Shown: positions 27,905-41,500 of the stretch, one piece after another
How the letters are laid out: every line of letters begins with the position of its first letter
Numbering within the stretch: position 1 is the first letter of the stretch
Assembly (NCBI RefSeq): GCF_006345805.1
Contig: NC_042998.1
Location: forward strand, 117,428,001 to 117,492,000
Direction of reading: 5' to 3'
Origin: Octopus sinensis
Lineage: Eukaryota
Length of the DNA stretch: 64,000 bases
Position numbers and translations under genes: made by a program
Notes under the pieces: generated by a model
The model's database searches: none
Told to the model about the DNA's origin: nothing
Seen by the model: the letters and a program-made list of their open reading frames with translations, nothing else

Positions 27905-28230
27905 CATTATCATATCTTTAAGAGTTTAATTTTATTCAATTTTTATGATTTTTAGAATTTATTTTTATTTAAATTTTTTTAATTTGGAAAAATATGTTAA
28001 GAAGTTATATATATAGATATTCTTATTCATATTTTTAGTTTTGGCGAAAATATCTTAGAATTTGTATGATTAAGTAGGATCCGTGAATAATAATCAAATA
28101 AATACTAATATAAAGAAAAAATAGCGTGTGGACGCACCGGTGGATTTATATATTAAGTATGGCCTGGTGAAACAAGCCACCAGTGCAGAAACACGTGTAG
28201 TGTTGATTAATATTATCTTCGTACCCCAGA

Positions 28231-28232
<2 letters not shown>
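27905..28232 (+). mobile_element. Non-coding insert in (TA)n with degenerate HHR-like motif (28120-28204)
   Basis: Flanked by (TA)n. gcaccggtgg...ccaccagtgc-a GAAA CACGTG TA gtgtt, but the 5' core reads GTGTGGA. Confidence 0.45.
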
Positions 28233-28292
<60 letters not shown>

Positions 28293-28329
28293 TATATAAT
28301 ATATATACGTATACAATCTTTTATACGCT

Positions 28330-28510
28330 TCATTCATTTGACTGCAGCCATGCTGGAGCACCGCCTTTAGTTGAGCGAATGGACCACAGCACTTATTCTT
28401 TGTAAGCCTACTACTTATTCTAACGGTCTCTTTGCCCAAACCGGTAAGTTACTAGGACGTAAACACACCATCGGTTGTCAATCGATGCTCGGGGGACAAA
28501 CACAGAAACA
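28330..28510 (-). mobile_element. SINE 3' half
   Basis: Reverse complement of the SINE 3' part seen at 52250-52450 and 53250-53440. Confidence 0.75.
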
Positions 28511-28807
28511 TACACACACACACACTCACACACACACATATATGCATAATATACATATATATGTGTGTGTGTGCGTGCGTGTGACGCATGTGTGTATATA
28601 TGTAAGTATATATGTAGATATATGTCTATATATATATAACTCTACCATGAGATGTATAACATGCATTACACCAGGAAAGCATATAAACGACACTTAATCA
28701 GTCCTGATTTTAAAATATATATATAATTAAGATGCGTTTCTGTATACAATAAGAATTTAGGTTAGTTAAAATTGTGTGACTTATTTCAAGTTCTAAATTT
28801 CTAAAGG

Positions 28808-28854
<47 letters not shown>

Positions 28855-28917
28855 GCGGGTGTTTGTGTGTGTTTGTGTGGGTATGTGTGGGTATCTATAT
28901 ACATATATATATATATA

Positions 28918-29253
28918 TACAAAATTTTGAGGATTGACCACTAAAAGTGAATAGCCTGTATTCTAGATATAGACATCAAAATCGCCATTATCCACGGAGA
29001 ATGTGATCTCAAGAAAAAATTCAGCAAAAAAACAAAGCGTAAAAATAAACAAGACAAATGAAAATATACGAAATAAAAAACCATTACCTATGTACTAATT
29101 AGTTTCACTTGTTAATAATTTACGTGTATGAATACATAAACATCTGCAAGATCATCAGCATAGTCTGTCGTTTACGAAACACAATTTCAAGAACAAGATA
29201 CAGTGCGCTCGACCGAAATCCACTTTTAGTAGTCAATCCTTTAAATTTTGTAT
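28918..29253 (-). mobile_element. Solo PLE pseudo-LTR/retrozyme with ~35-bp inverted ends
   Basis: tacaaaattttgaggattgaccactaaaagtg vs cacttttagtagtcaatcctttaaattttgta. Contains an HHR; the 3' end joins (TA)n. Confidence 0.75.
29088..29163 (-). ncRNA. Type-I hammerhead ribozyme
   Basis: ctatg CTGATGA t-cttg...caag-t GAAA CTAATTAG TA catag. Core intact, GUA cleavage site. Confidence 0.85.
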
Positions 29254-31104
29254 GTAAAAAAATTATTAATCGGATTTTTTAAATATGCTAGGCCACTGGT
29301 TTTAATTGATTAATATCAATTTCTACCCTTATTTAATTATACGTAAACCGTACCCGACCGTTAGACACTTATTTAATTATATATATATATATGTGTGCGT
29401 GTATATGTGTGTATATGTGCATATATACACACATACATATATATACATACATACATACATACATACATACATACATACATACATACATACATACAAACAT
29501 GCATACATATATACATATTTATAGTTATATTTGCCTTCAGAAATTTAGAACGTGAAATAACTTATAAACATTTTAACTGACCTGAAATTGTTACTATATA
29601 CACAAAATGTATGTTTTGCGTTTATAACGCATCTTAACTATTTGTATATTTTAAAATCTGAACTGATTAAGTGTCGTTGAAAACGCTTTCCTGATGCATA
29701 TTATACATCTCGAGATAGTGTTACATATTTTTTTTATGAAATATTCCATTTTGAAAGGGATACAGAACATTAACTGGAATATTTACATCAGTTTTGGAGC
29801 GCATATATTTTAAGCATTAGAATTATTTGGAATGTAATATTATTGGAAGAAATGCTAATTTAGAGATACCTTGTAATACGTTTTGGCATTGATTTTTCAA
29901 AATTATTAAAATAACCAAAAAATTGTTTATAATTTAATTGAGATAAAATAAAATTAATTTTGTTTGGTTTTTATCATATTAGAAAATATGAATGAGAGTT
30001 TTATGAGAAAAATACATTATACATTTTGGTATGTGTTTCACTAAATTTTCACAAAGCTAATTAAAGTTATGTCACCACAGCATAAGCAATAACTACTAAA
30101 ATGAAGAAAGAGAAAAAAACAGAAAATTGGCTACTAATGGATGCTGTTTCACGATAACTGAAAAATTTGGAAAAAATATTGATTGGAATTACTGCAACAA
30201 AATTTCTGTCTACTATATTTGAATAACGTAGATTAAATATTTGTTTTTAAAATTAAATAGAAAAAAGTGCATCAAAGAAGAAGATAGTTTCTTCTGCTTA
30301 ATCATAATCATCATATGGGAATCTCTTTTTATTATTTTTCATAAGCATGTGCTGTATTTTGAGTGAAAATCCGATCTAAAGTTTAATTTCAAGCACTTTT
30401 AAGTTTCTTTTCAGTGAGACGGAAAAAATTAAATTTGCTAAAAATATAAAGATGTCTTTATTTCCGATATAATTTTAGAGTTTGTTTCCATATTAGAGCT
30501 TTTTTCTCTTGTTTCTTGGCGTATATGTGCAACATATATTAATTGTACAGGTAAAAGTGCGTACGCACACACACGTGCCATACCAACCAGATAATAAAAA
30601 GGCGATCAATATGAAGAAATATTGAAGAACTTCCATGTATTTATATAAGAAATATAATTCTAGCCTCAGATTGTACTAGTAACCTGAGTTATTATCACTC
30701 AGGCCTCTCGAGGGAACAGCTGACAGGAATTTACAACTGTACTTGTTTCACCGTTAATAATTTGTTCTTTCTACATTGAGAGACTAACAGCTAGACCGAC
30801 AGAAGAAAGGCAGAAAAATAAAGTAGCATGAAACTACTCTCTGCGGTTGTAAATAAAAATACGAAGAGTGACAACAAGACACTTAGATACAATTTAAGTA
30901 AATTAGCTTCAATATGCATTAAAAAGTAAAAACAATGAAATAAACAATAACAAGGTCTTCGAAGATCAACAGTTGTTCAAACAAAAATACATAACAAAAA
31001 AAGCAGCAATAATAAATGTGTTACTTTCCAATTACAGCTCAACGCGAGCAACTTCAGAGGTCGATTACATCGCCTCCACTCCTCAGCTCCTACGTATGTT
31101 CTCG

Positions 31105-31228
31105 GAAGTGAAAACATGAAAGGGCAAAATTCGAGCTCGTGGAGATTTTGAACTTGAAACTTAAACACCGACGAAAAGCTTTCAATCATACTGGACAGTG
31201 TGCTAACGATTCTGCCAGTTCGGTGCCT
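31105..31228 (-). mobile_element. SINE 5' fragment
   Basis: Similar to the head of 13678-13905. Confidence 0.55.
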
Positions 31229-31231
31229 CAG

Positions 31232-31258
31232 TAATAATAATGATCATAATAATAATAA

Positions 31259-31342
<84 letters not shown>

Positions 31343-31515
31343 TAATAATAATAATAATAGTAATAATAATAATAATAATAATAACAATAACAATAATAAT
31401 AATAATAATAATAATATCAATAATAATAATGATAATTATAATAATCGTAATAATAATATTAATAATGATAATAGTAATGATAATAATAATAATGATAATG
31501 ATAATAATAATAATA

Positions 31516-31550
<35 letters not shown>

Positions 31551-31565
31551 TTAATAATAATAATA

Positions 31566-31612
<47 letters not shown>

Positions 31613-31632
31613 TAATAATAATAATAATAATA
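31232..31632. repeat. ~400-bp (AAT)n microsatellite
   Basis: Seen directly. Confidence 0.95.
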
Positions 31633-34418
31633 GTTGCCCGCATAGCGAGGTATGAAAAGCGTGTTAGATTTTTCAAGGACAACAACATGTTCAAAAATAA
31701 CCCCAAGAATTTTTACAGGAAGATAGGAAAAACAGCGTTTACTGCAAGGTCTGTACCATCAAAAGAAGAAGTGCAGGGATTTTGGAATAAAATCTGGGCA
31801 GAAGAAAAAACACACAATGAAAAGGCCCCCTGGATTGACAGAATATCTACAGAACTTTTTGCCCTTAGAAGAGCAAAAGTGGGAGGGTGTCAACGTAGAA
31901 GATATAAGATCTGCTCTCAGGAGGTCAAGCAAATGGAAGTCTCCAGGAAAGGATAAAATTCCTAACTTCTGGCTGAATGCCTTCCCAGAGAGCCATGAAC
32001 TGCTAACAGATCTGTACAATGATGTTTTGCAACACCCTAGTAGGATGCCTCCTTGACTAGTTAATGGGTTAACATTCCTGCTTCCAAAAAGTGAAGAAAC
32101 AAATGAACCAAAAAACTATAGACCCATAACCTGCTTAACAACTATGTACAAAACGCTAACATCTGTCCTGACGGAATATACCTATAGTTTTTTAACAGAC
32201 AGCAGCATATTCCCTAATGAACAGAAAGGATGTAAACGTGGATCCTACGGCTGTAAAGACCAACTACTCATCAATAAGATGATCTTAGAAGATTGTCACA
32301 AACGACACAAAAACTTATCAATAGTCTGGATAGACTATAAAAAGGCTTTTGATAGCCTACCACATAGCTGGATTAGGAAATGCCTGGAAATGTATAAGAT
32401 AGCACCTACTCTGCGAAACTTCTTGACTGTAAGTATGAGATCATGGAGAACCACACTAACTCTGAACATTGACAATGAATCCCTAAATGCTGGTGATGTA
32501 AAAATTTCGTGTGGCATTTTCCAGGGTGACTCACTGTCAGCACTCCTCTTCTGTTTATCCTTAACACCTCTCTCAAAGCTGCTCAATGACGCGCAGTACG
32601 GGTATAAAATGTTTGATAAAAATATAAATCATCTCATTTACATGGATGATTTAAAGCTTTTTTGCAAAAAATGACCAACAACTCAAGGGCTTACTAGCGA
32701 TAGTCAAACAATTCAGTGACGACATCAGAATGCAATTCGGCCTCGATAAATGTGCAAAAGCTACCTTTATCAAAGGAAAAATGACAGAAACATCTAACGT
32801 TAACCTTGACCAGCAGAATGTCATAAAAGAACTAGACCCAGCGGAGAGCTACAAGTACCTTGGGGTAATTGAAGGGAACGGAATAAGGCATTCAGAGATG
32901 AAGGAAAGGATCAGGAGAGAATGCTATCGAAGAGTGAGAGCAATACTCAAGACAGAGCTGAATGCAAGAAACAGGATCGAAGCGATCAATGCATTAGCCA
33001 TACCAGTCGTGACTTACAGTTTCAATATTGTTAACTGGTCAATTACTGAAATATGTCAGCTCGACAGAAAAATAAGGAAACTGTTGACAATGCATAGAAT
33101 GCACCACCCTAAGGCAGATACAGAATGACTCTATCTGCCAAGAAAAGAGGGAAGCCGTGGTCTTTTACAACTGGCAATAACAATGAAGATTGCTACAATT
33201 GGCCTAGACACCTACCTGAAAAACTCTGAGGACTGGATGTTAAAACTTGTCTCAAAACATGAAAACAAGAAAGCATAATACTCAGTAACAAAACAGGCAA
33301 AGGAATATCTAAGTGAATTCCGAATACAACCAATTTCGGAATTAGAGATAGACATACACGAAACAAGCACAGAAAAAGCTAGGCGCATGTAAACCCGTCT
33401 CAAAACTGCGGCCTTAGATATTCTGAATAATAAATGGCAAGAAAAACCTCTCTATGGCAAATACCCAAAGAGAGCGAATAATGCAGATATTGACAAAGCC
33501 CTGACCCATCAATGGCTAATGGCCTCTGGCTTAAAATCTGAAACAGAGGGGTTTATCAGAGCAGCTCAAGATCAATGCCTACCAACAAGAAACTACCAGG
33601 CCAACATATTAGAGAACGGCAGTAGCCCAACATGTCGTGTATGCCGACAACAAAATGAAACCATTGATCATGTTGTCTCCAAATGCAGTCTTCTAGCGCC
33701 TACAGAGTACCTCAACAGGCATGATAGAGCTGCACAATATATTCACTGGGTAATTTGCAAAAACCTGGATTTTCCCCATGAAAAAAACTGGTGGGAACAC
33801 AATCCACCTCCAGTGCTTGAAAATGATCACATCTCACTCCTCTGGAACTTCACCATTCAAACTGACAGGAAGATAGATGCAAATAGGCCAGACATCATAT
33901 TGAAAGACTTCAGACAAAGAACATGCCTCCTCATTGGTATGACTGTCCCAATCGATATAAACGTATCTGTCAAGACCTACCAAAAACTGAGCAAATATAA
34001 AGATCTTGAAATAGAAATCAGCAAAATGTGGAAGCTGAAGACTAAAACAATACCTGTTGTCATAGGTGCCCTGGGAATGATAGCGAAAGGGACTGATTAC
34101 TACCTAACTCAGATACCATGAAACCCCAAAATGGCAGAAATTCAAAAGATAGTGCTCATGGGAACTGCTCATATCCTACGCAAAATACTCTCTATGTAAT
34201 CCCAAGGTTTAAAACAAACTTTTTATTTTTCTATTTTTTTTATTTTTTTTATTTTTATTTTATTTTATTTTTTTTTTTTATGTATTGGACATCCACTAGT
34301 ACAACACCAAAAAAAATCCCCAAATATATGGCACAGAACTTCCAACCTGTTGTCTCTTGAGGTCTCTGGGTGAGACTTGGAGCCAACTTGTACAGACATA
34401 AAGCAAAAGTCAAACGTA

Positions 34419-34419
<1 letters not shown>
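31633..34419 (+). mobile_element. R4/Dong-type non-LTR retrotransposon, 5'-truncated, inserted in (AAT)n
   Basis: YRPITCLTTMYK, EQKGCKRGSYGCKDQLL, WIDYKKAFDS, GIFQGDSLS, YMDDLKLF, CCHC finger CRVC...HVVSKC, RHD, and RPDII...K..KY RLE motif. Several stops and frameshifts; (AAT)n on both sides. Confidence 0.95.
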
Positions 34420-34482
<63 letters not shown>

Positions 34483-34497
34483 GATAAACTATATGAA

Positions 34498-34700
34498 ATG
34501 CGGCGAACGATCAGAATCTTTAGTACACCGGGTGAGATGTTTAACATCATATCCTTTGTTTTTACCTACTGAGTTTAAATTACGCCGAAGTCGACTTTGA
34601 TTTTCATCCTTTTGGGATCGATAAAATAAGTTCTTGCTGAACACTGGGCTCAATGTAATTGACTTACCATGCTTTGGGGAAAATCTCGGTGAATTCAGCA
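34498..34700 (+). mobile_element. tRNA-derived SINE (diverged)
   Basis: gcggcgaacgatcagaatc...gtcgactttgattttcatccttttgggatcgataaaataag. Confidence 0.75.
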
Positions 34701-36871
34701 ACTATAATTAATTCCCTCCTGGCCATTATAGACATAATAAATGTGAAGGCTGGCAATAATATCATCATATAGAACGCATTTATATATGTTACAACCACTT
34801 TAGAAGCAATCTAAGGAAATTTGCCAAATTCTAATATCAAATGCAGAAAACAATTCAAATACACTGGGTGGGGAAAATTATAGAAGAAAAGAGTGCATAT
34901 ACTAAAAGTCGCAATGGGTCTGGAGAAAATATTTGAGAGAAGAAATTTATGTAACCTTATTTATATTTCTCTCTGTTCTAACCTAAGTTAGGTTGAGGTA
35001 AATAGGTAACTTAAATTGCAGATGAACTTAAATATATATGTTATATGAAAACCAATATTAATTGGCTAGCTATATACAATAGAGAAGCGAAACGCACATA
35101 AAAGACATGCTGGAATAAAGCAAATGAATATTTTAGATATCGCTTTCTAATCAAGACACTGTAAATTTTATATGACAGGTGATATATTACAAACTTTGGA
35201 ACATACCCAACCTAATGAATTGTCAATAAAATAACTAAATTCATTAAACATTCTGCAGAAAAATATCCCCAACATTTAAAACAAGTCAAGTAGTATATAT
35301 TTTCTAATGCCACAAGCCAATAAAGTAATATGTGTTCTTAAATGTGTTATGTTTGATAATATAGTAGAACCTATACGTGGACCAATAAAACAATGCACAT
35401 TGTACATACATGGCGCCTAATTGTCTAGCACAACCTGCACAACTCTCCAAGTGCAACCATCACAATCCCTGTTCGGTATAAGGACACAAAAAACCCACAA
35501 AATAAACACAAGACAAATAAACCATACAATAAACAGAGAATATGCAGAATATAATTTCAATTCTATCCACCCAGGCTATACAGTTGTAGGCATAACAGGG
35601 TGAATAACTACGAGACAACTTTATTCGGTTAGCGTAAGGGAATTAAATGTAAAGCCTCTCATATAGAGGCGCAGATCAGCCAAGTGGATCAGTAAAAGAC
35701 TGCAAGATTATTAGGCCTAAATTCAGAGTCTTAGTTATGGCTGTAAGTAGAGAATAGCATAAATTATTGAACATTCTACTTTTCTTTTTGTTTCTATACC
35801 TAAGTCCCAAGGTCTATATAACGATTTCTATATAGTGCACACATCTATATTTACAGAGATATGGATAGATTTTAGAATCGAAAATTATTTAATATACTGA
35901 AGACTGTCTGCAATATTATTGGCAACATATCTATAAAATACAATTAGTCATTATCTCAGGGAACAGATGATCTAAAAATATATTTTAAACTTTACAAAAT
36001 AAACAGACAAACCCTATCGATATATGTTATCTTATGCTTCCTTATGCACAAAATTACTATCTACATTTGTATTCACGCTATTCAACACTGCTGTTCTTCG
36101 ATATTGATCAAGGAAAAATGTATTCTTTTACTTTAAATGTACGTACAATATATATACACATTGTATATGTATATATCTGAAGAGTCGACGTGATATTTCA
36201 GCAACATTGTCTTTTCAAAACATTCTTATTTTAATATAGTTTGGTTCCAAAAGAATTTTACTGTATCAATCAATAGTAACCGCGCAAAAGGTCAGAAGAA
36301 ACCAGCTTTCGCTGGCAAAGGTGCATGATGGTAATAACACAAGTAGGGAAATAATATAGTTAAGTTGTCAATTTTCCCTACCAGTTGGCACATCAAGGCT
36401 AAGTATCCCAGTCTGTGAAAGAAGTGTGCATTACTACTACTTGCCACTCAGCAAACATTATTAGAAAATTATACAGAAGTATTTTAATCAAGCAAAAGTT
36501 TGTAGTAGATTTACAAAAAATGTATTCAACTGATATAATAGATAGATTTCTTCGATGGTATTATTTAATTTTAGGAGTAGAACCGATAAAGAGACTAGTG
36601 TAGACATTTTCCTGAAATAGGTTCAAGTAGAGCAGGTGAAATTCATTTGGTTGTAACCATTCTCAATGGACATTAAGAAGATGCGGATTCCTCAAGCTGG
36701 TCCTCTGTTAATCACATCCCTACTTCTCAACATACTCCCCTTTTCTCTCAACAGCAATATTCTACCTTCGAAGGAAAGCATGCATCCCTGCCCCGTAAAA
36801 TTCTGTTGAATGTTCTTTAAGCCACTTCATCACCACAATTCTCACTTCCTCGTGACTGGACTATCATTGTC

Positions 36872-36975
36872 ACTGGACTATCATCTCTTCGGCGCCATGA
36901 AAGAGGGTTTGAGAGACAAACATTATTCCAGTGACGATGAAGTGAAAATATAGTGAAGAAGTAGCTTCAAAAGGT
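36872..36975 (+). mobile_element. Mariner transposase fragment
   Basis: DYHLFGAMKEGLRDKHYSSDDEVK. Confidence 0.75.
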
Positions 36976-37945
36976 GTCTGTATTTTGTAATAAAATGAAT
37001 CGTTGGCTGCAGGTTGTATCGTCCCTGAATTGGTAGAGGGGTAAATTCTGAAGCTTGGAATTTTCTTATTGGCGCAAATATCGATGTATTGGCTGAATGC
37101 AATTTTTCTGTTTTGGGGAAATTTGATCTGGGATGTGTGCAGAGCCATCCTTTTACGTAGACTGTTTTTTGTTTGGCCTATGCAATGTCAAGAGCAATAT
37201 ATTTTTAAAACGATACACTCAAGAGATTCCCAAGAATTCATTAAAAAACAGTCCCAATCACTACAAGAATCAATAACGAACCACTTTTATGTCACTTGAC
37301 CAATTAACATCCTACTACTATCATACCAGCTACATTTCCTTCTTATTCTCACTTCTCTTTCTCCTTCTTCTTCTTCGTCTTCTTCCACTTCGCCACCTCT
37401 TTCCTAACTTTACCACTATTGCTGCTTTGAATAACACTTGCGCAAATTTTATAAACAATACATTCAAACGAGATGTCTCAAGAATTCAATCACTACTACC
37501 ATCCAAAACACATCACGGTCAGTGCACTTGACCATTTAATATCCAACTGCTATCAAGGCACTACCGCATTCTCCTTCTTCTTCTTCTTCTTCTTCTTCTT
37601 CTTCTTCTTCTTTTCTTCTTCTTCTTCCTCCTCCTCTTCTTCTTCTTCTTCTTCTTCTTCTTCTTCTTCTTCTTCTTCTTCTTCTCCTTCTTCATCGCTG
37701 CCAAGAATTCACAATGACCTCTAACTCACATGAGTAAACAAGAGGGACAGAGTCAGGCGGATCAAGAAATATGCCCCTTGTATTTGATTACTATGCAAAT
37801 ATTCTTTTAAAAAAAGTTTTTCTTTTAATTTTTTCCAAACTTTAATTCTTTTCCATACAGTTGAAAAAGTCTCAATGACTGAAACCGTAATGAAATGTTT
37901 TTTATAAAATTATTTTAGCATTTTCTACCTTGATATTTTTTCCAT
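36976..37945 (+). mobile_element. Truncated Neptune-type PLE: inverted GIY-YIG piece (36976-37180) plus pseudo-LTR with HHR
   Basis: Minus strand MALHTSQIKFPQNRKIAFSQYIDICANKK closely matches the 50871-51278 ORF. 37800-37945 is homologous to 51940-52090. Confidence 0.85.
37858..37892 (+). ncRNA. Hammerhead variant, U3-A8 core
   Basis: cag TTGAAAA AGTC tcaat GACT GAAA ccg TA atg. Confidence 0.65.
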
Positions 37946-37953
37946 ATATATAT

Positions 37954-38070
<117 letters not shown>

Positions 38071-38088
38071 TATATACATATATATATA

Positions 38089-38998
38089 CAGATAAAGGGT
38101 GAAATATAATTAATTTAATAAAATCAACAAATTTCACCAAGTAGTTTTTTCTGTATGGAAAAGGACCATATTCGGTAAAATTATATATAATTAGAAGAAT
38201 GAGGGTCTTTGCAGCAGGTTGCTAGACCACATACCGAAAGTATTAGAAATAGCAGCCATACGACTGTTATTTCTTTTACTACAAAAATATGTCCCACAGA
38301 CAACAGTATTTGTAACTCACTATGGCAAAAAAAAACGAAGAAAAACAACGAAATCAAACAGTGTCCGGTCTATTATGGACGCATACGTTTCTGGATTAAA
38401 ATCACAGATTCATTTCCTTCATCAACATAATATTCCGATAAATAAATCTGAAAATGCTAGGAAATCTTACCACCATATTCCGAACAGGCGACATCGGACA
38501 TATAGAAGCTGACCAGTATATCCACATTTATATAGACAAGTGAATTCGTATCTCCCTCCAGAATTTCTATCACGTGAATCACAAAAATACTGCCGAAAAT
38601 GAATTCGTAGTTCCGTCGTAGGGAAATAAAATAATCAATACAGACAAAGGGGGAAATATAATTAATTTATTAAAATCAACAAGTTTCACCAAGTATTTTT
38701 CGGTATGGAAAAGGACCATATTCGGTAAAATTATATATAATTATAACAATGAGGGTCTTTGCAACAGGTTGCTAGACCACATACCGAAAGTATTAGAAAT
38801 GGCAGCCAGTCGACTGTTATTTCTAAACAGACACTGTTTGATTTCGTTGTTTTTCTTCGTTTTTTGCCATAGTGAGTTATAAATTTTGCTGTCTGTGGGA
38901 CATATTTTTGTAGTAAAAGAAATAACAGTCGTCTGGCTGCTATTTCTAATACTTTCGGTATGTGGTATAGCAACCTGCTGCAAAGGCCCTCATTGTTA

Positions 38999-39003
<5 letters not shown>
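38089..39003 (-). mobile_element. Non-coding retrozyme-like element: 552-bp unit, partial tandem copy and inverted segment, in (TA)n
   Basis: 38641-38824 repeats 38089-~38274. 38830-39003 is the reverse complement of ~38185-38366. (TA)n on both flanks. Confidence 0.85.
38371..38432 (-). ncRNA. Type-I hammerhead ribozyme
   Basis: tattatg TTGATGA a-gga...tcc-a GAAA cgtatgcg TC cataata. 7-bp helix I, GUC cleavage site, C3U change. Confidence 0.85.
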
Positions 39004-39095
<92 letters not shown>

Positions 39096-39229
39096 AGTGT
39101 GTGTGTGTGTGTGTGTATACATATATATACATATATATATATATACATGTATATATATATACATACATATGCATATATATACATATATACATATATATTT
39201 TGTATGTATATGTATGTGTGTGTGCTATG

Positions 39230-39400
39230 TGCCCGAGCAACCAGATACGATCACAATGCCTGGGATTAAATTCGTGCACCAGGCAGCAAGTGTATTCTTG
39301 TTGAAAGCATTTTATTTCACATTACTCCATCTACTCAGCTCTAATATAAAGTGGGCTAGCAACGCATTAGACTGATGCTGCTCTGAACCTGACAGCCAAG
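39230..39400 (+). mobile_element. Degraded SINE
   Basis: B-box-like gggattaaattc followed by a gcattttatttcacattactccatctactcagct core. Weak. Confidence 0.4.
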
Positions 39401-40129
39401 ACTCATCCTAAATTCGACAATACCAGCTTTATGCACAATAAAATATGTTGAGTCACGACGTTAAAATACCTACTTGTCTCGGGCTTTATTGATATTTGCT
39501 TTTGCTATGATATATCATCAGCTGTCGTTCTTAATGTCCAAATGTAATATAAAACCGAAACTTGTTCTAACTTTGTGAATGCTGTCGCCATAAAAAACAC
39601 TTCTTCCTGACATCGATAATACAAACAGGTTTGCAGTCGGCATTTTACACTCATTTGCTTTCAGACTTACTTGCGTATATTTATCAGTTAATAAGCAGAA
39701 ATTACATGATTGAATTTCTATACATGTCTATTGCTGCAAACATCATATCTACCATGTGAAAGCGATTTTATAATATTTTCTTCCAAATTAAGTATTTAAA
39801 AACAAGAAATCATTTATGATCACGCAGGCTCAATTTCAATGAATTAATATCTAGCGATTTACTTAGTTAATATGGTTGTAGTAAATAATAAAAATATTCC
39901 GGTATAACTAGAATAGTCATCAGTATGATATCACATCTGATATCATACAGTAAATTATTTGAAGTCGAGGGGACTAATTTAATTAAAACATTTCTAAATT
40001 TACATGAATATTGATCAGTTTATTCTTTATATATTTTTTGTAATTCTGTAGAATCCCATGATTTGTATATGTAAAATATTAACCAAAACGTAACACAAAA
40101 TTACATATATATATATATATATAATTTTG

Positions 40130-40172
<43 letters not shown>

Positions 40173-40181
40173 CATATACAT

Positions 40182-40236
<55 letters not shown>

Positions 40237-41462
40237 GATATACATATATACATATATATATATATATACATACATATACATACATATATATATATATACA
40301 TATGTATATATGTATACATATATGTATTATATTGATGCTTTGGGGTTTCAAGAACGGTTCTGAATTTATTTCTGCTGTCTCTGTAGCACATTTTTGCCTC
40401 CGGCAGGCTCAGGTTGTTTCCATGATACTGGTATGGACAGTAATATTGTCGTCGAGAACAATAAGTCCTCTTGCATTTCACACAATATTTATAATGTTAT
40501 TGTCTGCCTCCGATAATAGAATTTGCAGGATAGTTGGCGAAAAGAGAAGCGATAAATAATCTCAGTATAGATTTATGCCCTTGCTTCATTATTACATTTT
40601 CACCCATTCCTGAACATAAGACTCTCCTTGATAATTATGATGAGAATGAAATCGGTAATAATTCAAGACAGCTCTCCTAGCACAATAATACCCTATTCAA
40701 TGCAAACCCAAGAATTTCATTACAGTTGAAATAAAATTTGACAGGCTGGTATTATTATCATTCAACATGTTTACCCCCATTGACCTTGTTGCTTTTCGAA
40801 GTAGCTTGTACATATCAATAGCAAAGAAAAGTTTTTACCAAACTGTCAAGCAAAATTACCGCTTTTTACTAGGCCATAGAACTCTGTTCATTCTACAAAA
40901 CTGTACTGGCAGACTGACATTTCTAATTATCTTACTCGTAACACTTTATCCGATATATATATATATATATATATAAATTATTTTGTTTTTCATAGAAAGG
41001 AAGTGGCAAACAAAATCGTGTACAGAAGTTTCAAAGCATGTTAACGATGAAAAGATAGAATTGTCCCTGTACTGTCAATTTCTTGTAATAATGCCATAGT
41101 AACTTATGAAACTGGCGAAATTTAAAATTCTATAGATAATGGGAGGCAAAATTCGTGGTATAATTTGAACACGAGAGAAATATATTGCAAGGTGTTAATT
41201 CATTGTACAAAGTATTTTTGAATATTATTCTGATGCGTGCGCGGTATTACTGAAGAGCCACGTAAGTTATCACAAAATTAAAGAACAAACGAATTGTGTT
41301 ATTGCGTGATAGTTAGGAATATGTATGTATATACAAATACACATATACTTCTATGTACAAGCGAGGCAGTTTATAGCATTTTTTATAGGATGACGCTTCT
41401 TTACAATAAAACCGTTGATGATTATTTTCATATATTTATATATATATATATTATATATATAT

Positions 41463-41500
<38 letters not shown>

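Larger units (their letters stand above)
28640..29727. repeat. Imperfect ~175-200-bp inverted repeat (28640-28812 vs 29527-29727) around a microsatellite/PLE cluster
   Basis: aacgacacttaatcag vs ctgattaagtgtcgtt, and gttctaaatttctaaaggcaaatata vs tatatttgccttcagaaatttagaac. Confidence 0.85.

Noticed and set aside
29658-29692. CTGATTA...GAAA in the inverted-repeat arm
   Set aside because: Core mismatch, no helix II, and the partner arm lacks the GAAA.
31200-31571. Poly-N/poly-I ORFs and similar YI, CV, LSIY, K/M-rich ORFs across the track
   Set aside because: Translations of (AAT)n, (TA)n, (CA)n, (GATA)n and (GAA/GAT)n microsatellites.
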